Assembly (NCBI RefSeq): GCF_031769215.1
Contig: NW_026782188.1
Location: forward strand, 1,736,001 to 1,800,000
Direction of reading: 5' to 3'
DNA length: 64,000 nt
Origin: Ylistrum balloti
Lineage: Eukaryota
Shown: positions 27,421 through 41,842 of the stretch, in pieces
Position numbering within the stretch: the first letter of the stretch is position 1
Layout of the letters: every line of letters begins with the position of its first letter
Notes under the pieces: model-generated
What the model was told of the DNA's origin: nothing
The model's database searches: none
What the model saw: the letters and a program-made list of their open reading frames with translations, nothing else
Program-made: the position numbers and the translations under genes

Positions 27421-30400
27421 TACATTTATAGACTAATATAAATTTTTATTGAGAATCGAATGTTACATATCAACAAACTGGCACTAAATGCAGACTTTAC
27501 AAGTAGTTTGTACAAATGTTTAATTGTCAATCACTTTTACCTGGACTTCATCAGGCCTAACTTGTAATCTTTGTTAGATGAATAATCTCTTCCTTGTTGA
27601 TTAGCAAGTGTGATCAGTATTCTCTGACCTGTTTCCCACTATATGTATCTTCTCAAACTTCATGTATCTTCTCAAACTATGGGTCATGGAGAGGTTATCT
27701 ACTGTTCAGGAAGGATTCTAGAAATGAGTTTGCAAGTTCTTAAGTGTATTTCCAGGTTTTTTTTTATTATTATTTTTTATTGAAGTTCAACATTATACCT
27801 AAAGTAAAACAAATTCTTTAATCTCTTGCTCTTTTCCTTTTGAAATTTAGGAAGGCAATATCTTTATTTCCCGCTGGCTCCTTTGTAAAAAAAAAAATAG
27901 GGAAAGTGCCCCTGTGTTATTGTAAATATGACTTCTCTTTTCATGATTCCAAGAAATTCCAGGAGATTATTCTATCAAGTCTGTCTATAAATGAATGATA
28001 ATGTGCCATCTTTAATCGTGTGTTGTAGGCTAACAGAATCATGGATATGTTAATTCACCTTGATTCGTATGGATAAGATGGCCTTTGCCTTAACTGTTAA
28101 TGTACAAAAAGGAATGATTGTCCGAAGGGAATAACTCTATCTAATTATAGCGTTATATGTGTATGCAAGACATCCAAGTACTGTATTTTACAACAGAGAA
28201 AGCGTTAGCAATACACAACACAATTCCTTAATACAGAACATTATCTAAGATCAAACATGCTATTGATGTCATGGTTGCTGTAGAACATTTCACATTTTCC
28301 TCTGCTGTAAAAGATCAGTACAAATTGTCTTGCAGCATTAACTTCTTAGTAATAGTTCTGATTTCAATTAATGCATTAAAGTTGTACAGCTATTGTCAGT
28401 TCAGCTTGAAATATATCCCATGATCACAAAAACTACACCGTGAAATTTTCAATATGAATCCAATAATAATGCATGGATTGAGAATATCAGATTTGTTGGT
28501 GTTCAGTATGATTTGTACTAGATTATTATTATTGAACACAACAGACTTTAGTTATTAAATGCCACTCTGAAACTTTCAGTTTACAAAACCTGTATTATTA
28601 ATTTACAAGTTTCAGAGCTAATAAGGTCATAAAATATCCTGTTTTACAAGCAAACACTACAGGCTCACATTGTCCATAATCTCTTTTGCAACATAACCAG
28701 CAGGAAATGTCACACTAAAGATGATTTAAAACCATCCTTTTTGTCTTTTACATGACAATCATCATACTATTAAACTCACTTGAGTCTATGCAGGGAACAT
28801 TTCATTTTCATCAAGGCCATGTACAAATTGGCAGGATGTTTCCTGAAATTGGACATGGTAAATGATAGCTGCTGATTAAGTACTGAAACTTTATACAGTA
28901 CAATACAGGGAAAGAAAGAGTATAACAAGATATCAACAGGGGGCAGGGGACATTACTGATACCATAGTTACTTTACATATGTAGTTAATTAACAACCCCT
29001 GTGTCTTGCCTTTTGATGATTGCAATCATTACATTCCAGAAAACAGCTTAAACTAGTTAAGGCAGTTTTTATGTTACATTTCTGTCACATAGGGATTTTA
29101 TTGAGTAATTCTTTGAAATATTGTTAAAGATTTTGATAAATGAATTATATAATTATTTAATTAATTTGAACTGCCCAGCTGACTTTTGACGTAAAAAACC
29201 CCATGGTGTTCACTTTTTGTACAGCTTAGATGGTTCTGTATCTGTACTTGTATGACCTCTAGTGAATGAGACATAAGTTTTACGTTATGGGTATTTATTA
29301 TGAATGTGTTCATATACTCTGTACCTGCTGCCTTTGTCAGGTAATTTTCATTAATGGTAACCATGAAGAGGTTATTGATCTTTTCTGTGTCATTTAAAAC
29401 TAAACCTTTACTAGTCAAATCACTAGAGACATTATAGATGTATTGGATTTACTATTTCATCAAGAGGTACAGAGAAATTAAGAGGACACTGTGTGACCTA
29501 AAACACTGGTAGTTTGAAATGTTGTGTAAATTTTAGATTAGCGAAGCCTTTGTTAAGGAAATATAATCTAACTCTGTAAATCATAGAACAAATAATGTAT
29601 TGACATGTGTCCATTATGTGTGTTATTTCTGTCCATTTATCATTGGCTGTGGTTGTATTGAGCTGTCATTTCTATATCGGTTGTAGTGTTATATCATGAT
29701 TGCATCATTCATTATTAAAATCATACTTAATCTTTATACCATCATTTCAGCTGCATTAATGCTAAGTAGGTTTTGACCTTGACTGTAGATAGTTAAAAAA
29801 AAAAAATAGGCATGCCAGGTACAGGCCTTCAGGTCTCTACCTCTATTTTTTGTGTGGACATCTGACTTGGCAATAGATACGAGAGAGGCCAGTTTGCCCG
29901 ATGCTGATGTGGGGTCATTGTCACCTCTACATAACTTTTGTCCTTTGCCTTAAATGCTAGTATGATGTATATAAAATACTGCTACTCTTTGAGGTATGGA
30001 CATTGAACTTTGTGTGAAGGTACATTATACATCATAGGAAAGCTGTGAGTGTCCATATCTGAGTTGATATGTGGGTATGAGGGTATCCATGAAGCTCATA
30101 CTTCAAGTTTTATCTAGACTTTTATCACAGTGTTTTGGTAAGCAGTATCCTGACTTTCACAACGTTTTCATGGTATTGAAGAAAATTTATTTTCATTTCA
30201 TTAGTGATTATATAAAGATGTATGCTAGGAAGATAAGTAAGTACGGTGTAATGAAAATTCTCCTGTCCTAGGACTTAAGCTTTAAACATCTCGCTGTCAC
30301 AAACATATATACCCTAGCAACTACCAAGACTAAACTTAAAGACAAACCTATTTGTTTAAGACAAAAAGCAAGCTATGTACTGTTCAAAACTAAACATTGT

Positions 30401-32339
30401 TGACCAAAACACAAGTCTATGGATAATTTGATTTTTAAGTGCCTAGAAGAAACTGAAAGCAGCTAGGCTTTAAGATAGCTAGGATTCTTAGATGAGTCTA
30501 ATGCTTCCTGGATATAATCTTCAAGACGAATAATGGAAAGTGCTTATCAGTATAATTATAGTGAGAATTTAGGGTGGATACCTTGGAGAATTTTACAGCT
30601 GATTTCAATTTTGATTGTTGTTTATAGTACAGATATAATCGATTGTTGTTGTTCATTGTTGTTGTTGTACATATGGAAATTGTATAATCTCCTCCTCACC
30701 ATAGTTCTATCCTAGGATCGTTGCCAGATTTAGTCCCATTTACATAGAAGAAATATCTGTAGAGACTGAAACAAGAAGAGGCAACTTCCTATTGTATTAG
30801 CGACTATGATGAGATTTGAGGAAGCTAAATGTACAATAAGATATATGTTAGATTTACTACAGTAGCTCGTCCACTATCTAGATCAGGACTTTGTTCTTGA
30901 TTCATCTCTGGCCACAGTATAAAAGTGTAAAGATACAAACAGCACAGTGATTACAGTTACAAATTTTTTTGTGAAAGGTATCTTCACTGAATAAAATCTG
31001 TACACTGTAAGGAATGATAATTTTATAAATCTATGTTTCATTGTTATGACGGGGAGCTGTCAGGATTGATGTATTAAATACATAACCTTGACTTTGCATG
31101 TCACCTAGATCATTAAATATGTTTAGATTCTTATTAACTTTGCTGTTTCTGTTATATATACTTACAACAATGACAGTTATCACATACATAATAACACAAC
31201 GTCACAAGGATGTACTTAATGCACGGTAATGTAAGTTATACTATAAGGAACTAGTGAAGGACTAGCTCTGTAAGAAAAGTCAACAAAGTAAATTTGCTGA
31301 TGTTTACCATTCAAATCGTACCATAATCACAAAAAGTTTCAATTATCTGAAAAAAATGGGTTGATAGGTCATCAGTGCAATGTCTGTTAGAGTCATTGTA
31401 AAACTGTCAGAGATGTCCCAGTGTTCTTAGGTTTTACCTATATATAATTCTCCATGTGACTTGTCATTCCAGTATTATTTTAAGTTGTGATAGATGATCA
31501 GTATAGAATTACAAATTCAGATACATATACACCTACTACTGTTTTGGTATCAGCATGATAGCTCTTCTGATTATATATTCATTAAATGTGTACAAGAAAC
31601 CACCATTAATTCATAGTTTGTGTCACTTTTATATGAGGGCTAGCTTGCCTTAGGACAGAAGGTTATGAGTGTAATGTACTATATGCTGTTAGGTCTAAAA
31701 AAGACAGTGGTGTCACCAGCTAAATTAAACATCATGACTGATGCTACTTAGTACATCATGTTTCAACTCAAGGTACCTTATCTTAAACCAGTGGATATAT
31801 GTTGAGAATTGTTAATTACAATATTACTAAACAGGAAATGGGATTGATGCATTTAGAAATCTTATGAATGTACCAGAAATTTCTAAATATGGGCCATGTC
31901 TGTCTGGACCCTAGTTATTATCCTGTTTTGTATACATATTGTCTGTATATTAACACCCATAAATTTGCTTATGCTTCCTAGGTTTTCAGTTCACTATAAT
32001 AATGTTTTGAAAGTTAATTTTCTTGACTGATGCATGTATAATAAAACAAATTTCACAATACTCATGAGCATATATAATGTTGCCCTATAATTTTCAACCA
32101 GATAAAAAAACAGAATCTCCCTGCCTTTGAATTTGATGCCACAGATTCCTATCTTATAATCTTACTTGTTGGAACGTCTTACAATAGTGAGTGATATGTC
32201 AATATAATTTAAACTCTAATCTTAAGTTGGTGGAATTTCAGTTGATATTAGATAGAGTGGTGCCACTTTAAGTAGTAACAGGAGTTGAGTTATAGGTACA
32301 GGTGTGGCAGAACTGGGTTACATTAGTGCAAATCATTAC

Positions 32340-35100
32340 CATAGTGATGCAGTTACAAAAGTGATGGGTTACAATAGTGGATAGGGTTACCATAGTGATA
32401 GGGTTACAATAGTGGACAGGATTATAGTAGTGTATAGGGTTACAATAGTGTGGACAGGGTTATAGTAGTGTATAGGGTTACAATAGTGGACAGGATTATA
32501 GTAGTGTATAGGGTGACAATATTGGACAAGGTTATAGTATTGTATAGGGTTACAATAGTGGACAGGGTTATAGTAGTGTATAGGGTGACAATAGTGGACA
32601 GGGTTATAGTAGTGTATAGGGTTACAATAGTGGACAGGGTTATAGTAGTAGAGGGGGGCAATAGTGGACAGGATTATAGTAGTGTATAGGGTTACAATAG
32701 TGGACAGGATTATAGTAGTGTATAGGGTTACAATAGTGGACAGGGTTATAGTAGTGTATAGGGTTACAATAGTGGACAGGGTTATAGTAGTGTATAGGGT
32801 TACAATAGTGGACAGGGTTATAGTAGTGTATAGGGTTACAATAGTGGACAGGGTTATAGTAGTGTATAGGGTTACAATAGTGGACAGGGTTATAGTAGTG
32901 TATAGGGTTACAATAGTGGACAGGGTTATAGTAGTGTATAGGGTTACAATAGTGGACAGGGTTATAGTAGTGTATAGGGTTACAATAGTGGACAGAGTTA
33001 TAGTAGTGTATAGGGTTACAATGGTGGACAGGATTATAGTAGTGTATAGGGTTACAATAGTGGACAGGATTATAGTAGTGTATAGGGTTACAATAGTGGA
33101 CAGGGTTATAGTAGTGTATAGGGTTACAATAGTGGACAAGGTTATAGTATTGTATAGGGTTACAATAGTGGACAGGGTTATAGTAGTGTATAGGGTTACA
33201 ATAGTGGACAGGGTTATAGTAGTGTATAGGGTTACAATAGTGGACAGGGTTATAGTAGTGTATAGGGTTACAATAGTGGACAGGGTTATAGTAGTGTATA
33301 GGGTACAATAGTGGACAGGGTTATAGTAGTGTATAGGGTTACAATAGTGGACAGGGTTATAGTAGTGTTTAGGGTTACAATAGTGGACAGGGTTATAGTA
33401 GTGTATAGGGTTACAATAGTGGACAGGATTATAGTAGTGTATAGGGTTACAATAGTGGACAGGGTTATAGTAGTGTATAGGGTTACAATAGTGGACAGGG
33501 TTATAGTAGTGTATAGGGTTACAATAGTGGACAGGGTTATAGTAGTGTATAGGGTTACAATAGTGGACAGGGTTATAGTAGTGTATAGGGTTACAATAGT
33601 GGACAGGGTTATAGTAGTGTATAGGGTTACAATAGTGGACAGGATTATAGTAGTGTATAGGGTGACAATAGTGGACAAGGTTATAGTATTGTATAGGGTT
33701 ACAATAGTGGACAGGGTTATAGTAGTGTATAGGGTGACAATAGTGGACAAGGTTATAGTATTGTATAGGGTTACAATAGTGGACAGGGTTATAGTAGTGT
33801 ATAGGGTGACAATAGTGGACAAGGTTATAGTATTGTATAGGGTTACAATAGTGGACAGGGTTATAGTAGTGTATAGGGTTACAATAGTGGACAGGGTTAT
33901 AGTAGTGTAGAGGGGGGGGGCAATAGTGGACAGGATTATAGTAGTGTATAGGGTGACAATAGTGGACAAGGTTATAGTATTGTATAGGGTTACAATAGTG
34001 GACAGGGTTATAGTAGTGTATAGGGTGACAATAGTGGACAAGGTTATAGTATTGTATAGGGTTACAATAGTGGACAGGGTTATAGTAGTGTATAGGGTTA
34101 CAATAGTGGACAGGGTTATAGTAGTGTAGAGGGGGGGCAATAGTGGACAGGATTATAGTAGTGTATAGGGTTACAATAGTGGACAGGATTATAGTAGTGT
34201 ATAGGGTTACAATAGTGGACAGGGTTATAGTAGTGTATAGGGTTACAATAGTGGACAGGGTTATAGTAGTGTATAGGGTTACAATAGTGGACAGGGTTAT
34301 AGTAGTGTATAGGGTTACAATAGTGGACAAGGTTATAGTAGTGTATAGGGTTACAATAGTGGACAGGGTTATAGTAGTGTATAGGGTTACAATAGTGGAC
34401 AGGGTTATAGTAGTGTATAGGGTTACAATAGTGGACAGGGTTATAGTAGTTATAGTAGTGGACAGGATTATAGTAGTGTATAGTTACAATAGTGGACAGG
34501 GTTATAGTAGTGTATAGGGTTACAATAGTGGACAGGGTTATAGTAGTGTATAGGGTTACAATAGTGGACAGGGTTATAGTAGATTATAGTAGTGTATAGG
34601 GTTACAATAGTGGACAGGGTTATAGTAGTGTATAGGGTTACAATAGTGGACAGGGTTATAGTAGTGTATAGGGTTACAATAGTGGACAAGGTTATAGTAG
34701 TGTATAGGGTTACAATAGTGGACAGGGTTATAGTAGTGTATAGGGTTACAATAGTGGACAAGGTTATAGTAGTGTTTAGGGTTACAATAGTGGACAGGGT
34801 TATAGTAGTGTTTAGGGTTACAATAGTGGACAGGGTTATAGTAGTGTATAGGGTTACAATAGTGGACAGGGTTATAGTAGTGTTTAGGGTTACAATAGTG
34901 GACAGGGTTATAGTAGTGTTTAGGGTTACAATAGTGGACAGGGTTATAGTAGCGTATAGGGTTACAATAGTGGACAGGATTATAGTAGTGTTTAGGGTTA
35001 CAATAGTGGCCAGGGTTATAGTAGTGTATAGGGTTACAATAGTGGACAGGGTTATAGTAGTGTAACTGGGTTACATTGGAAGATGTGGTTACAATACTGG
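32340..35100. repeat. Large minisatellite, 36-bp unit = two 18-mers (GGGTTACAATAGTGGACA + GGGTTATAGTAGTGTATA), about 74 copies
   Basis: Directly visible; generates all repetitive ORFs between 32387 and 35104. Confidence 0.98.
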
Positions 35101-38100
35101 ACACAGTTGTTTAACCAGATTACACTTATGAATGCAGTTGCATTTGTCGGTGCAGATAGATGTGTTGGGCCTTTTTAGACAGTAAAAAGGTGTTCCCTTA
35201 TTGTGCTAAGAATGTTTTGTAGAGCTGCTTATACTGTAATGATAGGATCCTACACCAGTTCATTATAAATTGTTGATACAAAAGAGATAAGGTATTGATT
35301 CAAACTTGTGCAAAAAATAGATATTTTCAATTAGAAAATTGTCTTTAGTATTAGTTTATAGAAAGAGTAGTGGGAGGATGTTGATCATGATAAGCCCATG
35401 TTATGTCCTGACTAGCCATCTGTTAGCTATAAATACATGTATATACATGTGTATCCAGCTGTTTCTTGTATACATCTCCATGCAAACACTAGCTGTTTCA
35501 TAGTTTCATGAAACATTAATTTTTTTTTTTACTTTCTAAAATTCATTGATTTTATACACATTTGGAAACTGAAAGGAGTCTGGATGTCGATATTCAAATG
35601 CAAAACTTATTTTTTATGCGTTTCTCTCAGTCTTAGGTATGCTTGTGCAATACAGTGCATGTATTATATATATAGTTTGGCTCTAATATGATTTTATTCA
35701 ATCAATCACTAGAGTTAAGGTTTATTTAATTGCTAGCGTTTTGATAGAATGCAGGTCTAGATTATTCTATAACGTGAAGTCGAGATCCAAAAATAGGGTT
35801 CATTTGTTTTCTGTGGTTTTATTGCCCTGTTCAGTAAGAGGCATTTAACGTTAAGCCTTTGTATTTCCTATTATTGTCAGGGAATTTCTCCTCATGGTTT
35901 CATTGCCAGATGTGATGTTTAAAATATCCAACACACAGACTGTTTCGTTTTATGTCCGTTATAAATTGAATTTGCAGGGTAGAAGGAACTGTTATAAATT
36001 GAATTTGCACTATAGAATGAAGCTTAAGGCAACAGGTCTATTACACTGTACACATTCTGTGGAGTGTAGAGAATAAAGACTGGAACCAAGATATAATGAT
36101 TTGATTCAAACATTTTAATTAAGTTTAATTATTAGGAAAAAAGATAATATTCTTGGGCTGTGATGTATACTTTATAATTCATTTAATGGCAATCAGTTTC
36201 AGTAGATGAACCTGTGGATATCAAAGTTTACAAGGTACAAATCTTTTGAGCTCTTATTTATTGTACATTATTGCAGCAGTGTGAATGCAATCAGTCAACC
36301 CTGAGGGTGAGGAAATACCACTTTTCAATATGAATTGAGAATTTTACATGTCTAATTAAGTTCATTGATGAATTTGTTAAAGTAGGCCTGCAACTACTAT
36401 TAAGTAGTTGGTATGTTTTAGTAATGATATATTTGTGTGATAAAATTAAATGAGATACAGCTAGATCATTCTCTGTGTAATTTTTTAGGCTGTTTCCAGA
36501 AATCCCAGTTTTTGTTTTGCTGTGTAATGTTAAAGTTGCACTCCTGAAACAAATATTTTGTATATTGACTTCTGTGTGCGTGTAAGGCACTTATCATGTT
36601 TCTACTCCTACATAGCTCTAGTCTGGAGAGGGACTGAGATGTTTCCAAAAATGAAATTTAGAATTTGTTTTATATAATAGTTGCAAAAATTCATGTTAAT
36701 GAATTGATTAAATATCTCTAATTTGTTTCAAATTTCATCTGAGATCCCATATTTTCAAAATCATTGAAAAAAAAAGATAAATGTAAAATCACATTCATTT
36801 TCATGGGATTCAAGTTTTGTGGTTTAAACAAAAAAACCCTTTTTGGTGGACATTTATTTTCATGGATATATATAGCTTAATAAGTCAACTTCTACTCATT
36901 TTAAAAGTTCATGAACAGATGAATTCATAGATTAAGAGAACCACAAAATCAACAAATATAAACCACCCACGAAAATCAATGATTTCACAGCAGTTTGGAA
37001 ATATTTTCAACCTTCTTGTGCCATAAAAGCTGATTGACTTGGTCAGGTAACTGTGTTTGTGTTGTAGATAATTTCATAATACTGAATTTGAATGGAGAAA
37101 TATAGAATTATCGATATGTAAAAGATAATATTTGGGATCTTATAATTATCCTTATTGTACATGACTGTCCCAAGGAGACTATTTTCCAGGATCAGCACAT
37201 GTACTGGATATTTTTATCCTATACCTGTTTTAGCACGCTTTCTATTGTTTCTCTGTTACCAAACTAATAAAAAATTAATCTGCTGTTGTAAATATTATAC
37301 CAACATAAATGAGATAGAGTTTGCAGGATACCGCTTTTTGATTTCCTTATCAAGATTCATTTAGCTTGCAGGTACAGTATGCTGCGTCAGGCAATCCGAT
37401 GGAATTTGGCATGATGTCTGTAATACCAATATACCATTTTTCTTCATTGAAGCATTGATCTGCTGGTTGGTCGCACTTCTCATTAATTGCTGACGACTGG
37501 ATGTCGTTCTATTGATTTTTGGTGCAGAATATGAATAAATGTTTGGATTATTGTACAGAATTATTGGTTTGGAAGTGTTCAAAGGAATACTGAAGGACGG
37601 TTAGAGAAAAGGGATAAAAAAGCTTGTCCAATAGACATGTATTATTTTAATTGAATGCTGTGCTTGTTATAGTGAAGAATTAGTTTTGTAGCATGAAGTT
37701 CACCATAGTGTGCTATGATATTAAGGATTTATAGTTATCCTATAATTGACTGACCAGGTGTAGTTTATGCATCTTTTTGAAAGTCAAACTTGTTAGTCAG
37801 AAACTCATGCAAGATCTGTTAAGTGGATTTTTCTTGATTGAATCATCATTCTTCATCATAAAATTATCGTAATTTTTGTGAAAGAAGGGATCAATTAAAA
37901 TAAAGCATTAAATATTGTTTGATGAATTTTATCATGGTTTGTCAGTAGAATAGGTAGACATTTTGTTTCAATAATAGGTAAAAAATTGACATGTCCCAAG
38001 ACAGAGTTATCAAAAATTGCATTACAGAAGACAGTAAATGAGGTTTTTGGTAAGGCGATGTAAGGAAGAACATACTTATTTTGCTCCAAGACAGCTGACA

Positions 38101-38119
38101 CAGGTCATCTACCCAACCT

Positions 38120-38533
38120 GAAAGTTTTTTATGGGCTCTCTGGTTTTCACCCTCATACCTAACACACTTCCCTCTTCACCAACAAGGTCTAAGGTTTTTA
38201 TGAGCTCTCAGGTTTTCACCCTCATACCCAACACATTTCTCTGTAGGCCAACAAGGTCTAAGGTTTTTCATACATTCTGGTTTTCACCCTCGTACCCAAC
38301 ACACTTCCCTTCTAGGCCATCAAGGTTGGAGGTTTTTTATGGGCTCTCTGGTTTTCACCCTCATACCCAACACACTTCCCTCTACGCCAACAAGGTTGAA
38401 GATTTTTTATGAGCTCTCTGGTTTTAACCCTCATACCCAACACATTTCCCTCTACGCCAACAAGGTTGAAGGTTTTTTATGAGCTCTCTGGTTTTAAGCC
38501 TCGTACTCAACACACTTCCTTCAAGGCCAACAT
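38120..38533. repeat. Tandem repeat, about 70-bp unit, about 6 copies
   Basis: ATG(G/A)GCTCTC anchor at 38131, 38200, 38339, 38409, 38479 (degenerate copy at about 38270). Confidence 0.93.
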
Positions 38534-39319
38534 GACTGATTGATCAAAGTTTATATAACTAATTTTGCTGGCTATATTACTTTACTCTCTGTATTGTTAC
38601 ATTCAAAGACTTACATTAGATTACTTCATTGTGGAGATGTTGGTGTTGTTCATTACTAGTAGGATTGTTTTGCCTTTTGTGCACTTGACTTTTTGTCTAC
38701 CTTTAATCTTAACATTGTACACTGCTCTTGAACCCATGAACTACTGGTGCAGTAGGTGTAAAAGCTAGACTAAGCTCAACTTTGTATGTTATTCAGTAAA
38801 AACATAGCAGATTTTAACTAACTCGTATTGCTCCCAGGTCAGAGTTATGCTTTCTTTAAATGCCTGATAATCTCTTCATTATAAAAAAAAACCTGTTCAG
38901 GATATTTATGTTGCTGTAGAATTTCTTTTTAATCGAAGATGTTATTTATTTGACAATTTTATAGTAAAAACCTTACTTAATTTGTGATAGATGTCATTAT
39001 GGACAAAACAGCAATAAGAATTAAATGTTGGTGATGTAAACTTAAGTCAGAATTAAATGAAGTTTTCGTTAATCATGGAAATAAGCTTTAATGTTCATGT
39101 AGATAAAAAAGAGAGATGATGAATAATACAGACAGAACATATGTAAGACTTCATGTACACTTTACATAATGAGTTAAAACTGTGATACAACATTTCTGTG
39201 TGTTGTTTCCTCAACAAATAGGTATCTTTCTTTTAACATAATTCCTTCTGTAGTTAGCTATGTTCTGGTAATATAATTACTTTATGTTTTTTTCCACTTC
39301 TAGTATGTAAATGGGATAG

Positions 39320-39630
39320 GATGCCTTGGAATCCAAGGATAGAAATATTGCTTTGACCTAATCTCTGCATCAGAGGTGCATGTGGAACTATTACCCTGTC
39401 TTACAGTAAAGGTAGCACTGTTCAATGCCAGATGGAGCGAATTATATAGACTGGATCAGTTTACACACACATTCCAGCCAGTTGTTCCAATAGACAGCCA
39501 TGGCTGAGAGCTATATAGTACTTGCCAGAGCTTTAGGGACTGTGCATCAAGGTGCTGTCTGAAAGAGCAATGGTCCCCCTTTCTACCCACCACCTCTAGA
39601 TAAAATACATCACTGATGAGTACATGGGGC
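39320..39630 (-). mobile_element. Decayed LINE (RTE-like) reverse-transcriptase fragment
   Basis: Minus strand gives, in the expected order and across frameshifts, GKAP, RKGDHCSFR (cf. KKGD..C.NYR), EQLAG (cf. EQAGF), DPVYIIRSI (cf. DQIFILRQI) and YPWIPR (cf. YGIPxK). Confidence 0.5.
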
Positions 39631-41842
39631 TTTGCCACTGGTTTATGTAAAAACATGAAGATGTAGCATGACTAAAACACAAGTAAGACATGTATAATTT
39701 ATGTGTATTCTGGCATTTAGTTAAAAGCTTTATTTCTTCTTTTGGAAGCTTAACTGATAGAACATTGATTTATCAGCAGGCCTGTCTGATCTGCTGGAGA
39801 TTACGTGAATCCTTGTTATTTACCTGGAATATCTCATCACTGGAGATTTCTTTGCTGAATTTTACATCGATAGGTCACACAAACTCTTTTGGCAAGTGTT
39901 TCTAGGGCGAGAAAGGAAGGAGAGAAAACAAACACGGAGCTAGAAGATTAAAAGAAATAGATCTTTTTAATGATTACTTCCCCCTCCCCATGGCAACCCC
40001 TCCTACTGACATTGAAATCTCACTCTACAACAGTAAAGTAGGCTTCACAATAGAAAGTCGATATTACTATTCATTTAAATACATGTTCATACATTTTGTA
40101 CCATTAAAGTTGTTTTTTACCCTTTTAATACCAACATCCTTTACTAGAATCTATTCCTGCTTTTTATACCATTTATACAGTTCATAAAGGTCTGTGGATT
40201 AAGAATTTAAAATTATTTTGCCGATAAGAACCAATGGAAAGCATTTATTAGAAGACAAGATACCATGAAAGTCTGTGATTTTGATGGAAAATATCATTGT
40301 CACATAAACACAGCTTGTAAAAACCATTGGACTATATAGAATATCCTACAATAAATATATACTAATATCGATGAAGTGGATGATGAAACCTTCCACAAAA
40401 CAAGTGGATCAGGTGAGTTGGTGTATTAGATATAGTGGATTCATGCACTTACCATATATCAGATGTGAAAAACTGTTGCATACCCAGACAAACATTGTTG
40501 GTTTTCTCAAGTATTCTCCTACAATTAGACCCAGTGCAGGCCTATCCAATTCTCTCATGGCCAACAGCAGGATGGCAAACCTGTTTGATAACTGTTTTGA
40601 AGTAAAAGACGTATGATAGATGCATGCTCAAAGATTTGGAGGTAGAATTGATATACAAAACCTTATCTTAAATACATGTTTAATTAGACACCAGAATGAT
40701 TCAGGCATGTTGTATTGTCAACTGATTTTTTTGACAGTGTAATTAAAAAAAAAAAAAAATAAATCATGTTAACCATAAATAAATTAATATGGTCCCCTAC
40801 AGTTCTGAATAACTACCATAATTAATTGTAAATATGCATGGGCCATATAAACTTTTAGTACAAAGCAGTTGTTTTCTTACAATTGACTTTTCTGAAATAT
40901 CACAGTAGAAAGTAAATATAATTAATCTTTGTTGACTTGAACTGGCAAGTTAAGTAAATGTTATTGGATTTTAAATTTGTCTACAAACATATTTATTTTG
41001 TTAGATTATTAGAGTATTGTCTACTAGTGACTAGGAAATGTGCCAATATGCACAGCACTTGTCAGCAAACTTACTAGTTTTGCTGCTGCAAAACTCTGTT
41101 GCAGAAGCCATAGGAACAGCTGTTTATTCTCACGATTGATTTGCTCAGTAACAAACTCTCATTAAGATAGCACTTGATTCTTGATTGATTTTCAGTTGAT
41201 GGTCAACTGTTCCATGTGATCCAGCAGTCAGATCCCATGTGTCAGATTCAGTGCCTTGGAAAGCATGGCAGTTTTCATTATCACTTGAAATATCCAAATT
41301 CTCAGTTTTGTTTTTTTTTGGTTGACATATTGCAGATTGTACGATTTTGATGTGGTTATGTCATAGCAGTTGTGTTGCTGTACCTCATGTCAAATTAGCT
41401 TCAACTGTTTAATTTGATGTGATAGAATTGATTATTTCCTCACCACTGTTTTGAAAACTAGTCAAATTATTGATTCTGGCCATTGTAATTCAAACAAACT
41501 GTGAAGGTTACATCTTAATAAGTTACTGAAGTTACAGCAGAGACATCAATACTGCTGTTCAGAGGACAGTTTTTGCCCCTGCATAACTTCTGGATTCCAG
41601 CATTTCTGAATCTTCTTGTTAGATATGTTACCACATAAAAACGTTTTAAGAAATCAAAACTGAAATATTGATATTGGAATATTCATAAGAAATACAATTG
41701 TTTTTCTTTACTAGAAATTGTTACCTATAATAAACTTAAATGTATACTGTCAGCATATTTTACATTTTTCTAATTCCATCCAAACCTTTTGACTTATAGA
41801 AAAAAGGAATGCCAGATATACATAGAGAGACCAGGCTAACAT

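Noticed and set aside
32387-35104. Long ORFs of up to 647 aa (HYYNPVHYCNPI, TLYTTITLSTIV, VYRVTIVDRVIV repeats)
   Set aside because: Stop-free translations of a 36-bp satellite in several frames on both strands; no splice or codon evidence.
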